Source: Torpedo marmorata (taxonomy: Eukaryota). From it: a stretch of 64,000 nucleotides of DNA. The notes under the pieces were generated by a model that had not been told where the DNA came from, did no database searches, and was given only the letters and a program-made list of their open reading frames with translations. The stretch spans positions 39,804,001-39,868,000 of the forward strand of contig OZ360239.1 of the NCBI GenBank assembly GCA_977017645.1. Reading direction: 5' to 3'. Position numbers and translations under genes: made by a program. Of this stretch, positions 1 through 12,129 are shown in pieces (the stretch's first letter is position 1; each line of letters opens with the position of its first letter).

Positions 1-843
1 AGATTTTCAGTATCTGAAATTTTTCCTTTGTTTTTTTTTATATTCAGAAACATATAGCTTGAATCTACAACCACAAATATCATTAAAGTTTTAAAAGTCA
101 TCAGTGTTTATAATGAAACCTGTGGTAATAAGTCAAAATAATTCTAGAGTGCTCAGCTATGTTTAGTTTTGTTAATCTTCATGAAACCGTGCTGACAATA
201 AAAATTTACCTTTAATACTTTCCAACTTTCTCAGTTGCTTACAAGAGCTTTAAAGTGTGTGGTGTGTGTAACTTCAACAGCTAGAGACAACAACAAAGAA
301 CAAAGCTAACACCCTATGATGTTCACAATACAAAGGAAAGTCTTGGGGGCCTCCAGCTTCCCTCAGCAGGACCTCACTTTTCAATGAAATGACTGCATTG
401 AAACTTTCAACTGGTACTCAAATTAGTGGGAACATTTAACCAACTAGATTGAACGGTGATACTTGTGTGAATATAGAATTGACTAAGGAACAGAAATCAG
501 AGAGGAAGATGATTAGTTGATTTTCAGACTGGAGGGAGGTGTACATTCCTGGAAATTGGGACTTCACTCAATTTTGGTGCACTAAACAAAGATTGCCAAT
601 GCCTAATCTGATCTCCTGCAATCATAAATCTAGCCAGAATTATGTCAGCAACAGCCCTATGATTATTTGTACGCAGAAACATGCAGTAAAACCAACCAAT
701 GAATCAAAGAGGGTGTATCACCTAATTTGGTGGAGCTGAAGCACTTCTGAGCATTGCAATCAGAGGAAGAGACCAGTCTTTAAAAATACTCTGCAAACAT
801 CAGGAGAGCTGCACACACTACAATCCCAGGCTGATACTATGAT

Positions 844-1535
844 GTTCAAGATTCAAGAATCCTTTATTGTCATGTAATAGTACAGAGCACGTAATATTAC
901 ACAAAATTGCCTCTGCCTGCCATAAGGCAGACAAAGAGTCACCATTAGTTTGCCCGGCTCCCCTTATAGTAAGAGAGAAAGAGAAGAAAAACAGAGTCCC
1001 TTCAGAGTCACTAGCCCTTTTTACACTGAAAAGCCGCGTTATTAGCGTATACACGACCCGTCTCTGGAAGCCGGCTTGCTTGTTCACATAGAACTGAAAA
1101 AAGCCGGCTCCGTGAGTCCAATACGCTCCACCACTGAGACTATCTACCTTGGCGGATCGAAGCCGGCTAAGTCTAGACCCTCCAATCCGCCTTCGATGCT
1201 TTCACACAGCGCTCGAAAGGCGGATAAAACCCGGCTTTCGAGTGCTGTGTAAAAGGGGCTACTGAGTATTTGTGGATTCACCTCCAGCACTTCCGCAGCC
1301 TCTGCAGCCGCACAGGCTCCTGTTCAATTCATTGGCAGCCTGAGCTCCAGATCCAAACCTCTGACATGATCAGAAAGTCTTCAGTGCCTAAGGCCCCTCC
1401 GGAGCCCTTCTTGTCCTCAGCACCCTCTCGAATCCTAGCTCCGATACCTGGTTCCCATGAGTCAGTCTCCAGCAGCCCGCAGCCAGTGTAGGTCCCTCAG
1501 CCACTGAGACCCTCACTGGTCTGCTGCCGTGGTCA
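844..1535 (-). mobile_element. GC-rich non-coding retroposon with Rex1-like 3' tail, interrupted by a Harbinger MITE
   Basis: Minus strand ends in ...catgacaataaaggattcttgaatcttgaac, a short-repeat tail after the GACAATAA motif also seen in the Rex1 tails here. The body aligns with the plus-strand copy at 18668-19098. No coding similarity. Confidence 0.7.
1013..1260. mobile_element. PIF/Harbinger-type MITE (248 bp)
   Basis: TIRs AGCCCTTTTTACAC / GTGTAAAAGGGGCT, 3-bp TSD ACT (1010-1012, 1261-1263), CpG-rich. Removing it restores the host retroposon. Confidence 0.85.
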
Positions 1536-1589
1536 CTAGCACATCAATAGGCACTCTGTACTTGGGTAGTCAATAAATACAGACAAAAT

Positions 1590-2110
1590 GGTATCAAGAC
1601 CATCAGAGGCAAATTTTAAAGACCGCAGATAACAGGACAATAAAAGGAAGTAATATATTCAATCCAGCTGGTGTATGTGGGCAATTCTGGGCACCATACT
1701 TTAGGAATTATCTCTAAATTTTTACGAGAACAGCAGCAGGGATGAAAGACAATGTTTTGTAGATAGACAGGGTAAAGTGAGGTTGCTTTTATTGGGCGGA
1801 ATATGTGAAGGGAAGATTTGAAAGAATTGTTCAAAATCATTAATGGTTTTGATAGAAAACACAAGAAGAAACTGCTTCCAGAGACACACGAGTTGGGGAC
1901 CTCAGATTTAAGAGCCAGAGACAATAAGAGGGAAAATAAAAGTTAAACTGCTAGTCGAAAGGATGATGGATCAGGACCCTGAAATAACCTTCAAAATGGA
2001 ACTGGATAAATATTTGAAGGGGAAAATCTTGCAGACTCCTGGGGAAAGAGTAGGGAGTGAGACTTAATACGGGCTGCAAGCCCCCTTTCTGTGTTGTATC
2101 ACTCCCTAAT
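1590..2110 (+). mobile_element. Old CR1-type LINE 3' fragment
   Basis: Degenerate CR1 ORF2 C-terminal sequence (gggcaattctgggcaccatactttagg) followed by a 3' UTR-like ending (ttctgtgttgta). Confidence 0.6.
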
Positions 2111-3659
2111 TCTGTAAATCCTCTATTGACTTCTGGAATAAAAATACGTCTTAGAACAAAAAACCCTCCACAACTGTTTAAAATTCACTTTTCATTAGAA
2201 GCAGAAGACTTGCACAGCTGCCTCTACTTTTGGCACCCCACAACTGGCTGGCCTTCATTTGGCATTCAGCTTGACAGAAATTTTGAAATGTAAGCATTTA
2301 ATTGTACCCAATGTGATCAGTCCTTGTATTTTTTTTTTTGCTACACAGACAGCACTTTGCATGATCTGCACAGCAAGGGATAAAGACTAACAGTAACCAG
2401 AAATGTATCTTTTATTGTTTCCTTTTTCCCAATTAAGTGAAATGTAATCCAAGAACCATTAGGATCTCAGCACTGATGTGAGGGCAAAAGCTTCCAGATA
2501 GCTCAGCAAACCAAGCCCTGCTCCTTTTTTTAATATTTTCATTTAGTTCAGATGTTCTGCAGGCTTTGTTCAACTTGGAATTAGTAATTAGGTTCAGTGA
2601 TGACAGAAACATGATTTTAGACTATTGGTTATAAATCAATGGAATGAAAACCAGCCAGCTTCTCCAATGGACAGCCAATCTGTTCTGTCAATGTACGTGC
2701 CAGTTAGAGAAACTGAAAATTGACCTTGTTTTGTTGCCATCTGGAGGAAAATGACTGGAAGCAAATGAAGAGAAAAAAAATCCAGGCAGAGGGCCTCCAC
2801 TCAACAGCCTCCCTCGCAATTCTAACGAACAGAGTTCCTTGAATTTTGATACCGGCGTCACCAGAAGGAGTGGTACTCTGGACCAACACCTCATAATTTT
2901 GTTCTTTCCTACCAGCACACTCGAATGTTCCCTCATTTGCTGATGTACACTGAGCAGAAGACAGCATCAAACTTAACTATTGTGGCGAGGTTTGTTATCC
3001 ATTAAACTTTAACATCTTCATTCAGGATTCCCAGGCTGAGAAACCAAGCAGTTGAAAGTAGGCCAGGCATTGCTTGCATGCCAGTAAAAAGTAGGGCTGC
3101 CTCCTCTGGAGTCACAGTCCTTCTCACTTCTCTTGCAGAGCCCCATCTCTCCAGCCTTGTGAATGCAGCACAGCAATCTATTCCCACCACCCCACCCCCC
3201 CATCTCCATTCCTGACTCACTTTCAACATCCCCAAATCAGACCATCAGCACTTTGCTCCTCTCTACCCTGCCCCCAAACCCTAGGCAATCATCCCTTGGT
3301 CCTTCCTTTACATTCCAAACTGAGATCCGATCCAGCATGCCTGACAGCTAACCAATCTGCTTGGCGAATAAAGTCAAAAAGTTTAAATTCAGCAGCAGCT
3401 ACACAAAGTCTACACTGATAGATTTACTGAACACCACCCCTTAATCCTCTCCTCCCACATCAACCCATTCTCCTCATGATTCTGGGCCACTGACATTAAT
3501 ACACCACAACCTTCCTTGACTGAAGGATACAATTAAGAAAATTGGAAAACGAGACTTTAACAAGTCTATTGGTGCCCAGTAATATGCCCCTAAAAAGATG
3601 ACAGAACATACTGAGGGAATTCCTGGAAGCAGGGTAATGCTAAGTTTACAGCACAAAGT

Positions 3660-3870
3660 GATCGGGACCGGACAGGGGTTTCAGTCCCGCGCTGTCTGTA
3701 AGGAGTTTGTACGTTCTCCCCGTGTCTGCGTGGGTTTTCTCCGGGGGCTCTGGTTTCCTCCCACCATTCAAAGCGTACCAGGGGTGTAGGTTAATGGTGT
3801 GTAAATTGGGCGGCACGGACTCGTGGGCCGAAATGGCCTGTTACCGTGCTGTATGTCTAAATTTAAAATT
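3660..3870 (+). mobile_element. tRNA-derived V-SINE (HE1-like), 5' degenerate
   Basis: V-domain gtgggttttctccgggggctctggtttcctccca and LINE-like tail gggccgaaatggcctgttaccgtgctgtatgtctaaattt. Matches the other copies in the window. Confidence 0.85.
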
Positions 3871-5089
3871 TGGCATGAACACTGTGGTTCACAGAACAAT
3901 GCTTGAAATGGATTGAACACTCTGCCTGCTTATCTGATGATTTATGAAGCATGTACTCTATGTTCCATGTTCTATCTCAGGGAAAATTATTTTAACAATA
4001 TTAAAGAAGGGGGTCAGTTAGCCAAGATTTTGCAACACAATCTTGTAAAAAAAAAACTTTATTTCTGAAACCAAGTCACATGTGGCTGCAAAAAATCAAT
4101 TTGATTCATCTATCTGCAATCGTTAGAACAATTCACATTGGCCTGTGAATTGTTCCAAATGTAACACGTATCTTCACTCTTTGAAAGTTTCAACAAAATA
4201 TTTTTCTGCCTCATTTGGTCTTTGATCCACCTTTTTATCCAAGTCTATAGAAATTTTATGTTCTGTGAATCTGTGTAGGAAATTGAATGCGGACTCCGCA
4301 GCTGGAAGTAGAACATATAGGTTTCTGTGTCAAACCTACTGTTCAGTGACATCACATGTCCATGTAATGTAGTAATAAATACAATACTAAATTACATATA
4401 GTGCTCTCCCAACACTGGCAACAACACAGAAATTTCTGATCATTATCCTCCAGAGCTTACTGATTATTGAAGATTGCTTTTTAAATACACAAATTTTTGC
4501 AGAAACAGCAAGTCTATATAAGCAATAATTGTCTCTGGTGCAGCCTGGAAAGTCTGACTTTAAACTCTTAAATTCTAGAAATGGGATTGCACCTACTTTT
4601 TAATGCACTAAAACACAGATCTCTCTCAGAAAAATTAAACAAGTTTGTAGCAGCATTAGGTATTTTTTAACTCAGGAGTTCAAAAGCAATGTGTAGTTCC
4701 TGATGAAACCATGTTTCAGTTTAGAGCTGCTTCTGAAACTGCAGCATCGCAACGACAGAAGTGCTTCAGCTCCGAAAGGTACCCCACACCAACCCCCATT
4801 GCAGGCAGATCACAGCATCACACACAAAGTAAGAGGGGGAGACTGCGGGACAGAGGCTTGAGGAGAAAGGAAAGGAGTGACCAGATTTACACAACGGGAC
4901 AAAGAAATGTTCATGGGTGAGAGAAATTCTAGGAAGGAAACCCTGTAGGCCGGGGAACGAGGAGTTCCTCCTGGACAAACAGGATTGGTCTGGCAAGAGA
5001 TTGCTCCAGTTTACTCCAGTGAGAATAGTCCCTAAATGAAGCAATAACAGAAAAAAATGCATTAGCTCACACAATAAGTCAAAGTGAGC

Positions 5090-5093
5090 TGCG

Positions 5094-5129
<36 letters not shown>

Positions 5130-5138
5130 CTCTCTCTT
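5090..5138. repeat. (CA)n-(CT)n microsatellite
   Basis: Seen directly. Confidence 0.95.
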
Positions 5139-5327
5139 TCCAGTGAACACACAAATATTCACAAAAATGTCAATCACACAAACTGTCATTCCATTGATAC
5201 ACTCATCTCACTTAGCATTTCATCGGGCAGGCAGGACCTTGCCTGGAAAAGGAGTTAATCCATGCTCTGAGAATGCGTTAACAGCCAGTTAGATCCCACT
5301 TCCTTGCACCCAACATACAGGGGTCAA

Positions 5328-5528
5328 ATAGAACCATAGAACTACAGCACAGAAACCAGGCCATTTGGCCCTTCTTGTCTGTGCCAAAACATCATTCCGC
5401 TAGTCCCACTGACCTGCACCCATTCCATAACCCTCCAGACCTCTCCCATCCATGTATCTATCCAATTTATTCTTAAAACTTAAGAGTGAGCCCGCATTTA
5501 TAGATATATATATATATATATATATATA
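5328..5528 (-). mobile_element. CR1 LINE 3' terminus followed by (TA)n
   Basis: Nearly identical to the 3' end of the CR1 at 23645-23825; (TA)n at about 5504-5528. Confidence 0.85.
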
Positions 5529-5646
5529 AATCTCCAGGATAGGACAACGAAAAGTTTACTGAAGGGTATCCATCATCCATAAATGCCCTATGAGCTGAGG
5601 CTGTACAATATCTACTCATTGGCCGTGGGCATCTTCATTACTATCA

Positions 5647-5815
5647 TGAAATAAAAACAGAAAATGCTGGACAAATTCAGCAGGTCAGGCAACTCTGATG
5701 TTCTGATGAAGAGGTTTCAACCTGAAATGTTAACCATTTTTTCTTTCCGTAGTTGCTGCCTGACCTTCCATGTATTTCCAGCATTTTCTGTTTTTATTTC
5801 AGACTTCCAGCATCT
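5647..5815. mobile_element. Older PLE-derived fold-back element
   Basis: Arms gaaataaaaacagaaaatgctgga / tccagcattttctgtttttatttc flank a CTGATGA...GAAA motif. Confidence 0.75.
5700..5734 (+). ncRNA. Minimal type I hammerhead ribozyme motif (canonical C3 core, probably decayed)
   Basis: gtt-CTGATGA-ag-AGGTT tc AACCT-GAAA-tgtt-aac: conserved core, stem II AGGTT/AACCT, stem I gtt/aac. Confidence 0.6.
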
Positions 5816-6087
5816 GGAAATTGACTTCGATTTACTGGCTTCATCATTGCCTCTGCTCTCAACATCCCAGGGTTACCACGGACCAGAAAAAAGACTGGAA
5901 CACCCACATAAGTAAAGCAGAGTAAATCAAAGGCTGGATATTCTACAGCAAGTGAATTACCTCTTGAGACCAACTTTTATAACCCACATCAGGAGTGCGC
6001 TGGTACAGTCTCTGCTTTCCTGGTTCACTGGAAAATGTATTATAAAACTATGCAACATCTAAGAAAAGTAAATTGCAAGCGTGCTTG

Positions 6088-6795
6088 GTAAAATTTAAGT
6101 TCTTGGGAGTCACTATCTCGCAGGATCTTTCCTGGACCCAACACACTAATGGCATGTGAAGAAAGCATGTCAGCGCCTCTATTTCCTCAGACGTTTGCGG
6201 AGGTTTGGTATGACATCGGAAACCCTGGCAAATTTCTACAGATGTGTGGTGGGAAGTGTGCTGACCGGCTGCATCACGGTCTGGTATGGGGACACCAATA
6301 CCCCTGAGCGTAAAGCCCTCCAAAAGGTAATGGACAGCCCAGGACATCACAGGTAAAACCCTCCCCACCATCGAGAACATCTACAGGGAACGCTGCCATC
6401 ATCAAGGATCCACACCACCCAGCACACGCTTTGTTCTCGCTGCTACCATCACGAAAGAGGTATAGGTGCCACAAGACTCGCACCACCAGGTTCAGGAACA
6501 GCTGCTACCCCTCCACCATCAGACTCTTCAACAATTAACTCAATCAGGGATTCATTTAAGGACTCTCACTTTTGCACTTTATTGATTTTTTTAATTCTCT
6601 CTGTATTGCACAGTCAGTTTGTTTACATTTCTTTATCTGTTTACATTTCTTTATTTGTTTACATGTGTATGTTGTGTACAGTTTTTTTACCAATAAATGG
6701 TAATTCTGCCTCACCTGCAAGAAAAAGAATCTCAGAGTTGTATGTAATGTCATGTATGTACTCTGACAAATCATAAATCTGAAAATCTGAAATCT
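6088..6795 (+). mobile_element. Rex1/Babar LINE 3' fragment
   Basis: Translation KKACQRLYFLRRLRRFGM...GCITVWYG matches the Rex1 ORF C-terminus; ends in (aaatctg)n tail. Confidence 0.9.
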
Positions 6796-7640
6796 AATAA
6801 TAGGACAAACATCCGATAGACTAGAAAATCTGCTATTTGGGAATGTCCAAAGTGCTGCATTGAGTTTTACTTCATTTGATTTTACTTTGATATAAATTAT
6901 TTTAAGACACTAACAACATTCAAGTAAATTCCTATTTAATGCACCTAACATCCTTCTGTCTGCAGAGATAAGAGAGAGTAACAACCTGAGTCTTAACATG
7001 GACAAGGGAAAGGAGATGATCGTGGACTTCAGGAGGACCAGGAATGACCAGCCTCCACTACACATCAACAACTCTGGAGTGAAGAGAATAGAGAGCACAA
7101 AGTTCCTTGGAGTTCACTTAACTAGTGACCTATCGTGGACACTCAACATCTCCTCACTTGTCAGGAAGGCGAAACAGTGACTGGAATTCCTGAGAAGACT
7201 GAAGCGGCCACCATCATGTCAACCTTCTACGGGAGCTCTATTGAGAGTGTCCTGGCCGGCTGCATCACCGAGTGATACAGTTGCTGCAGAGAAATGGATT
7301 GGAGGATTGGAAGTCAATCCACGGGACCATCAGAGTGGCACAGAGGATCACTGGAGTCTAACCCCCCCACATCGACGTGATCTACCGGGATCGTTGTCTG
7401 AAGAGGGCGCTCAAGATCATTGAGGACTCCTTCCACCCTGCACTCAGCATTTTCAACTGCTCCCGTTGGGAAAGAGATACAGGAGTATCAGAGCCAGCAC
7501 CACCAGGCTGAGAAACAGCTTCTTCCCACGAGCAGTGAGAATGCTGAACGACCAAAGGAACTGCTCACACTAACCATCCGAGACTCACAAAACGATATGT
7601 ATATGGATATGTATGTGTGTGTGTGTAAATATATATAGTT

Positions 7641-7800
7641 GATACGAAACTGTTGGACGGATACATGGATTAGATAGATTTGGAGGGATATGGGCCAAAC
7701 GCAGGCAGGTGGGACGAGTGTGGGTGGGACATTTTGGTTGGCATGGGCAAATTGGGCTGAAGGGCCTGTACCATGCTGTATGACTATATATATATATATA
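7641..7800 (+). mobile_element. CR1 3' tail nested in the Rex1 3' UTR
   Basis: gagggatatgggccaaacgcaggcaggtggga...gggctgaagggcctgtaccatgctgtatgact followed by (TA)n. Confidence 0.8.
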
Positions 7801-7830
7801 TATATACATACTTGTCCTGCATCTGTATTA

Positions 7831-8292
7831 CTGTATATACCAGTGTATAGGACGACCCCAAGGAATTTCCACCTAAAATATAGGTTTTAAGCGACATCCT
7901 TTGTATAAGATGACTCCCCCAAATCTGGCACTTACCTCTGACCAGCTAAAAGCAAATCACAATATTTTTTTATACCAAATTACCCTGTAAAGGGTCTAAT
8001 TTTATGGTCATATTTTAAAATAAACCACCGTCGGCTTCTGTAACAGGCTGTTTAAAGCCTGTACAGAGCCGACGGCAGTGGACTGGGCGGATGGACTCCG
8101 CGGGAGAGCGCTATGACTTCGTTGATGACTAACAGGACATGCACAAGATTGCGTCGGAGCCAGCGGGAAGATGGCAGTGGTGTTGAGACTTCACTATCAA
8201 GGGTCAGATTTTAGACCCAGCGTATAAGATGACCCCGATTTTGAGGTGACATTTTTACGTTTCGGGGTCGTCCTATACGACGGCATATATGG
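7831..8292. mobile_element. Tc1/mariner-pogo (Tc2-like) MITE
   Basis: Imperfect TIRs ctgtatataccagtgtataggacgacccc / ggggtcgtcctatacgacggcatatatgg with TA on both sides; second copy at 38944-39346. Confidence 0.8.
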
Positions 8293-10410
8293 TATGTGTA
8301 CTATGTCTGGTTGTGTGTCTGCATGTTTGCACTGAGGACCGGAGAACGCTGTTTCGTCGGGTTGTACTTGTGCAATCAAGTGATAATAAACGTGACTTGA
8401 TTTGACTTGTAGTTGCATTGGTGTGACCACTGCCATTGCAGCATATCATGTAATGCCTCACTTAGAAAAGTTGGTAATGTTGTATGATGTACTCGAGAAA
8501 AATTTTGTTTGCTGCTCAACCTTTGGTGATTCTTCTCTATCAAAAATGGCTGCTTCACTGTAGCAGAGCCCAGCTGCCGTGGGGATTGGAAAATGAAGAG
8601 AGGTGAGAAAATGCTACTCAGCAGTGGTTGCTGGTGACACCACATTGATCATATATAATTGTAAGCTGAGTGGAACTCACAGGTTTCCCACTGATTCTTC
8701 AGTTCTTCCCCATTGTGTAACTTGAAATAGTCAATTGGTACAAAGGGTTTCTTATTGCTGAATGACTTTAGGCTCTCAGCCCCTTTATCCACTACAGGCC
8801 AAATTGATCATTATGTTGTGATGTGCTTCACTCTCAACTGCACTGAATATAGTAGTGAATAGCGACCATCAGTTTTGAACAATGGATCATTACATTCAAG
8901 CTTTTGATCATTGTTTAGACCTTCAGATTGGAGATTCTCTGCACAGATATCAGAGTTATTTAAGTGGGAGTTCTATCTATCAGGACATTATGGCAGGCCA
9001 TTTAAATACCCAGATCATGCACAAAAGGGTAAGAAGGAACATTATGCAAAAAGTCATTGCATAAGCCTGTGCTTGCTGTGGGTAATGATTTGATCTTGAA
9101 AAGGATCACTTAGTGTTCATTAGAAACTATTATTTTGCAGCCCCTTATGAAAAGCAACGCTTCCATTGATGACAAGGCCTGCATTATCAATCTAAGTACT
9201 TATCAGCAGATGAGTACATCATTGTTAGAATTCATTGGGGGGGGGGGGGTCAGCAGTATTGATAAATCCCTGTGCCACAGTGAATAAAAACATGAAGTTC
9301 TTCCTTCATGAGTAGAGAGGCTCAGTGACCTCTCTGTTATTATGGTGATCAGCTAGTTTAAATCTAGCCCAAATCTACTCCTGGTGTCCAGAACGATACA
9401 ATGGCCAGGAAATTGAGTTCAACGTCAACATAATCTCCAAAGAGAGATATATCCAAAACTCTCACATTTCTCTTTGAAATCCTAAGCCTGTGAATATATT
9501 GCTTTGCAGACTCGTCCAGTTACAATGTCGGAAGCCTCTCTGGGTTCTCTTTGCCCTGATGTCCTAAACTTCTTCAATGCCAAAGGTTCCCGGAACTGAT
9601 GCCAGCCATTGAATATGGCACTGAGGCATTCATTGATAGAGGCTTCTGCAACTGAATTCTGGTCAAAACATTCACTGGGAGTTGTAGTATGTTCTGTGGA
9701 TTTTGGATGATGTTGCAGCAGTCTGCAGGCAGTTCCCGAGCTACGCATTCAAGACTCTTGTTGTTCGAAGGGCATTGCTTCAATGGAGAGAAAAATGAGA
9801 ACGCAGTGTGATGTAGTCTTAGTTTAATTAAAACTGTTCCATACTAATCGATACTTACTAAGGTCCAGTTTACGTTGGTATGGGCGGAAACCTGGTTTGC
9901 ATGACCAGTGACGTTATTAGATGGCTGTCTTACAGCCCAAAAGTTTGGTTTACTTATGTGTTTGTGAATGGAACTGACATGTTTTCATCACAAAATGATT
10001 ATCAACTGAGTCTAGTTTGAGTGAAAATCAATATTGTATTACACCATCCTTCAAAAATGCTATGTTATCTAATTTCTAGCTTTAAGTGCTGCACTTCCAG
10101 AAAAATGCTGCCAATTCATTTTCATGTGACCTGGGTATTAGCACTTCAACATTCTCATGGAAGAGCTAATTATAATTGGTGTCAATCAAACTTTAAAGTG
10201 TATCTACAATTTGAACACATATAATGTAGATCTATTAACTTTTTTCACTCTGTGGGTTCATACATAATTATGTATCGCATCCTATTCTACCCTTATACTT
10301 TTTAGTGATGGAAAATAAAATACGCTTAAAATAGGTTTGGCTCCTAATAGTCGGTACCATGTGGAATTTTCAGGCTGCAAGATCAAAAAACATTACACGC
10401 AGAGGACGAT

Positions 10411-10486
10411 ACACAAAAGTGCTGGAGAAACTCAGCAGGTCATGCAGCATCCACAGGAAGTAAAAGCCAGTCAATGTTTCAGCCTG
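10411..10486 (-). mobile_element. 76-bp PLE terminal-repeat insertion with 16-bp TSD
   Basis: Perfect direct repeat acacgcagaggacgat at 10395-10410 and 10487-10502 around tgctggagaaactcagcaggtc... Confidence 0.9.
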
Positions 10487-11444
10487 ACACGCAGAGGACG
10501 ATGCTGCTGTATCGTCTGTTTGATAGTTTTACAAAGAAAATCCTAATTAGCACACCATGATTTAACAAAGGATTACAACTCAAACATCCATGGTGTTCTT
10601 AGATGCACTCTCACTGGTTAACAGTGTGGTTTGATCCAGATTACTATTTAACTTCTCTATCAAAGTAAAATAAAATTAAAAAATTAAAAAAAATAAAATT
10701 ATCTTGCATGTTCAAAACATTACATTATTTATGGCATTGGAAAACAACTCATTGTTAATTTCCCACAACTATTTATCAATCACATACAAAACTGTGATCC
10801 ATGTATTTCTACACAGCAGGTTTTCTTATTTTGAGGAACTAAAAAGAATCCTTTGAGCAGCTAGTTCGGCTGTTCATTGTGCAAAACCAAAACTATACAA
10901 AAAATGTGTGGCTTTGCATGAAGACAAAAATGAACATTTTGATGTTAATAGCTGAATATAAACACAGTGGGTTTCTAACAGGGTATGTGACTGAGAAGTC
11001 ACCCAAATTTTTAATGTTTTTCATTTGTTTTAAAGTCCATGAGACTGTCATCCACATGTCCTTGAACCATTTACCTTTCTGCCAGCATGCTCCTTGGCGC
11101 AGCCATCCATCGAGAAGCTGGGTCCTAGATTATGGGCAGAGCCTAGTACAGTTTTAGATACCCTAGCAGATGGGGCTTGACAGCTGGTAAGGTCCCACAT
11201 CCCACCAATCCCACACTCCCTTCACTTCCCACTTGGGTCAACAGCTGTCTTTGACGTCTACCCACATTCAAAAACATGCAGGAAATAAATTTGTTGAAAA
11301 TTACTACATTAAAACAACAATTAAATACATGTAAAATTAGAGAAACAAGTAAACCAAAAGATCTACTTTCCACTTTCCAGAGCCTGTACTTTCCAAGTGA
11401 TTTCAAAAGGAGCACAATGCATTCTGAGTCAAATATAGATTCAG

Positions 11445-11635
11445 AATGACACACGAAAGTCTGCAGACACTGTGATTGTAGTAAAAACACACAGAAATGC
11501 TGGAGGAACTCAGCCGGTCTCGCAGCGTCCACAGGAGGTAAAGATATATTATTGAAACGTCAGTAATATACGTTTACATCCTATCGATGCTGTGAGACCG
11601 GCTGAGTTCCTCCAGCATTTCTGTGTGTTTTTACT
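11445..11635. mobile_element. PLE-derived fold-back element
   Basis: Long inverted repeat (tagtaaaaacacacagaaatgctggaggaactcagccggtctc and its reverse complement); 13-bp TSD aat(a/g)tagattcag at 11432-11444 and 11636-11648. Confidence 0.9.
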
Positions 11636-11869
11636 AATGTAGATTCAGCAAAGGGCTGGGAAATTCGAGGAAGTTTGCGCTGCCCAGTCAGATTCCTTTG
11701 GTTGGTGCAGTGTATGCACAATCAACAATACATAATACAAAGTGGAAAATGCAGGCACATCACTGAACTTGGGAACTTCTGAAAAGATGTGCAGCTATGT
11801 TGAGACAGAAGCAGTGGTGAAGAATACATCAAACTACTTATTTAAATTCTCCTCACCAGTAAAAGTATG

Positions 11870-12075
11870 ACACAGCAATAACACAATTTTCTTGCTTGAA
11901 AGTCATTGCGAATATTTATTATCTATCTTTTGTATTTGTTATCTCTTTTTAATTTAATTTAATGTATACCATTATAGTTTTTTTTAAACAAAGTACCAGT
12001 TCGGCTGCAGCAAGTAAGAATTTCAGTGCATCTGTACATTGTGCAATGTATATGACCATAAACTCATTATCATGA
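11870..12075 (+). mobile_element. Old Rex1-type 3' UTR/tail
   Basis: Ends in gaccataaactcattatcat; similar to 60970-61425. Confidence 0.55.
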
Positions 12076-12129
12076 TCAAAATAAACATTGGGCCAGATCC
12101 TGCTGGACCAGACCAGCTGAGCAGATTAT

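Larger units (their letters stand above)
6975..8409 (+). mobile_element. Rex1/Babar LINE 3' fragment (second family) with nested insertions
   Basis: KEMIVDFRR...KFLGVHLTSDLSWTLN; tail gataataaacgtgacttgatttgacttg. Colinear with 62536-63158 once the inserts are removed. Confidence 0.9.

Noticed and set aside
11075-11257. Possible minus-strand exon (tag|...AAG|gtaaat)
   Set aside because: Weak acceptor and stops in all frames; not enough support.
11445-11635. Fold-back elements as DNA-transposon MITEs or pre-miRNAs
   Set aside because: Variable 9-16 bp TSDs, unequal arms and identity with PLE terminal repeats argue for PLE origin; no known mature miRNA recognised.
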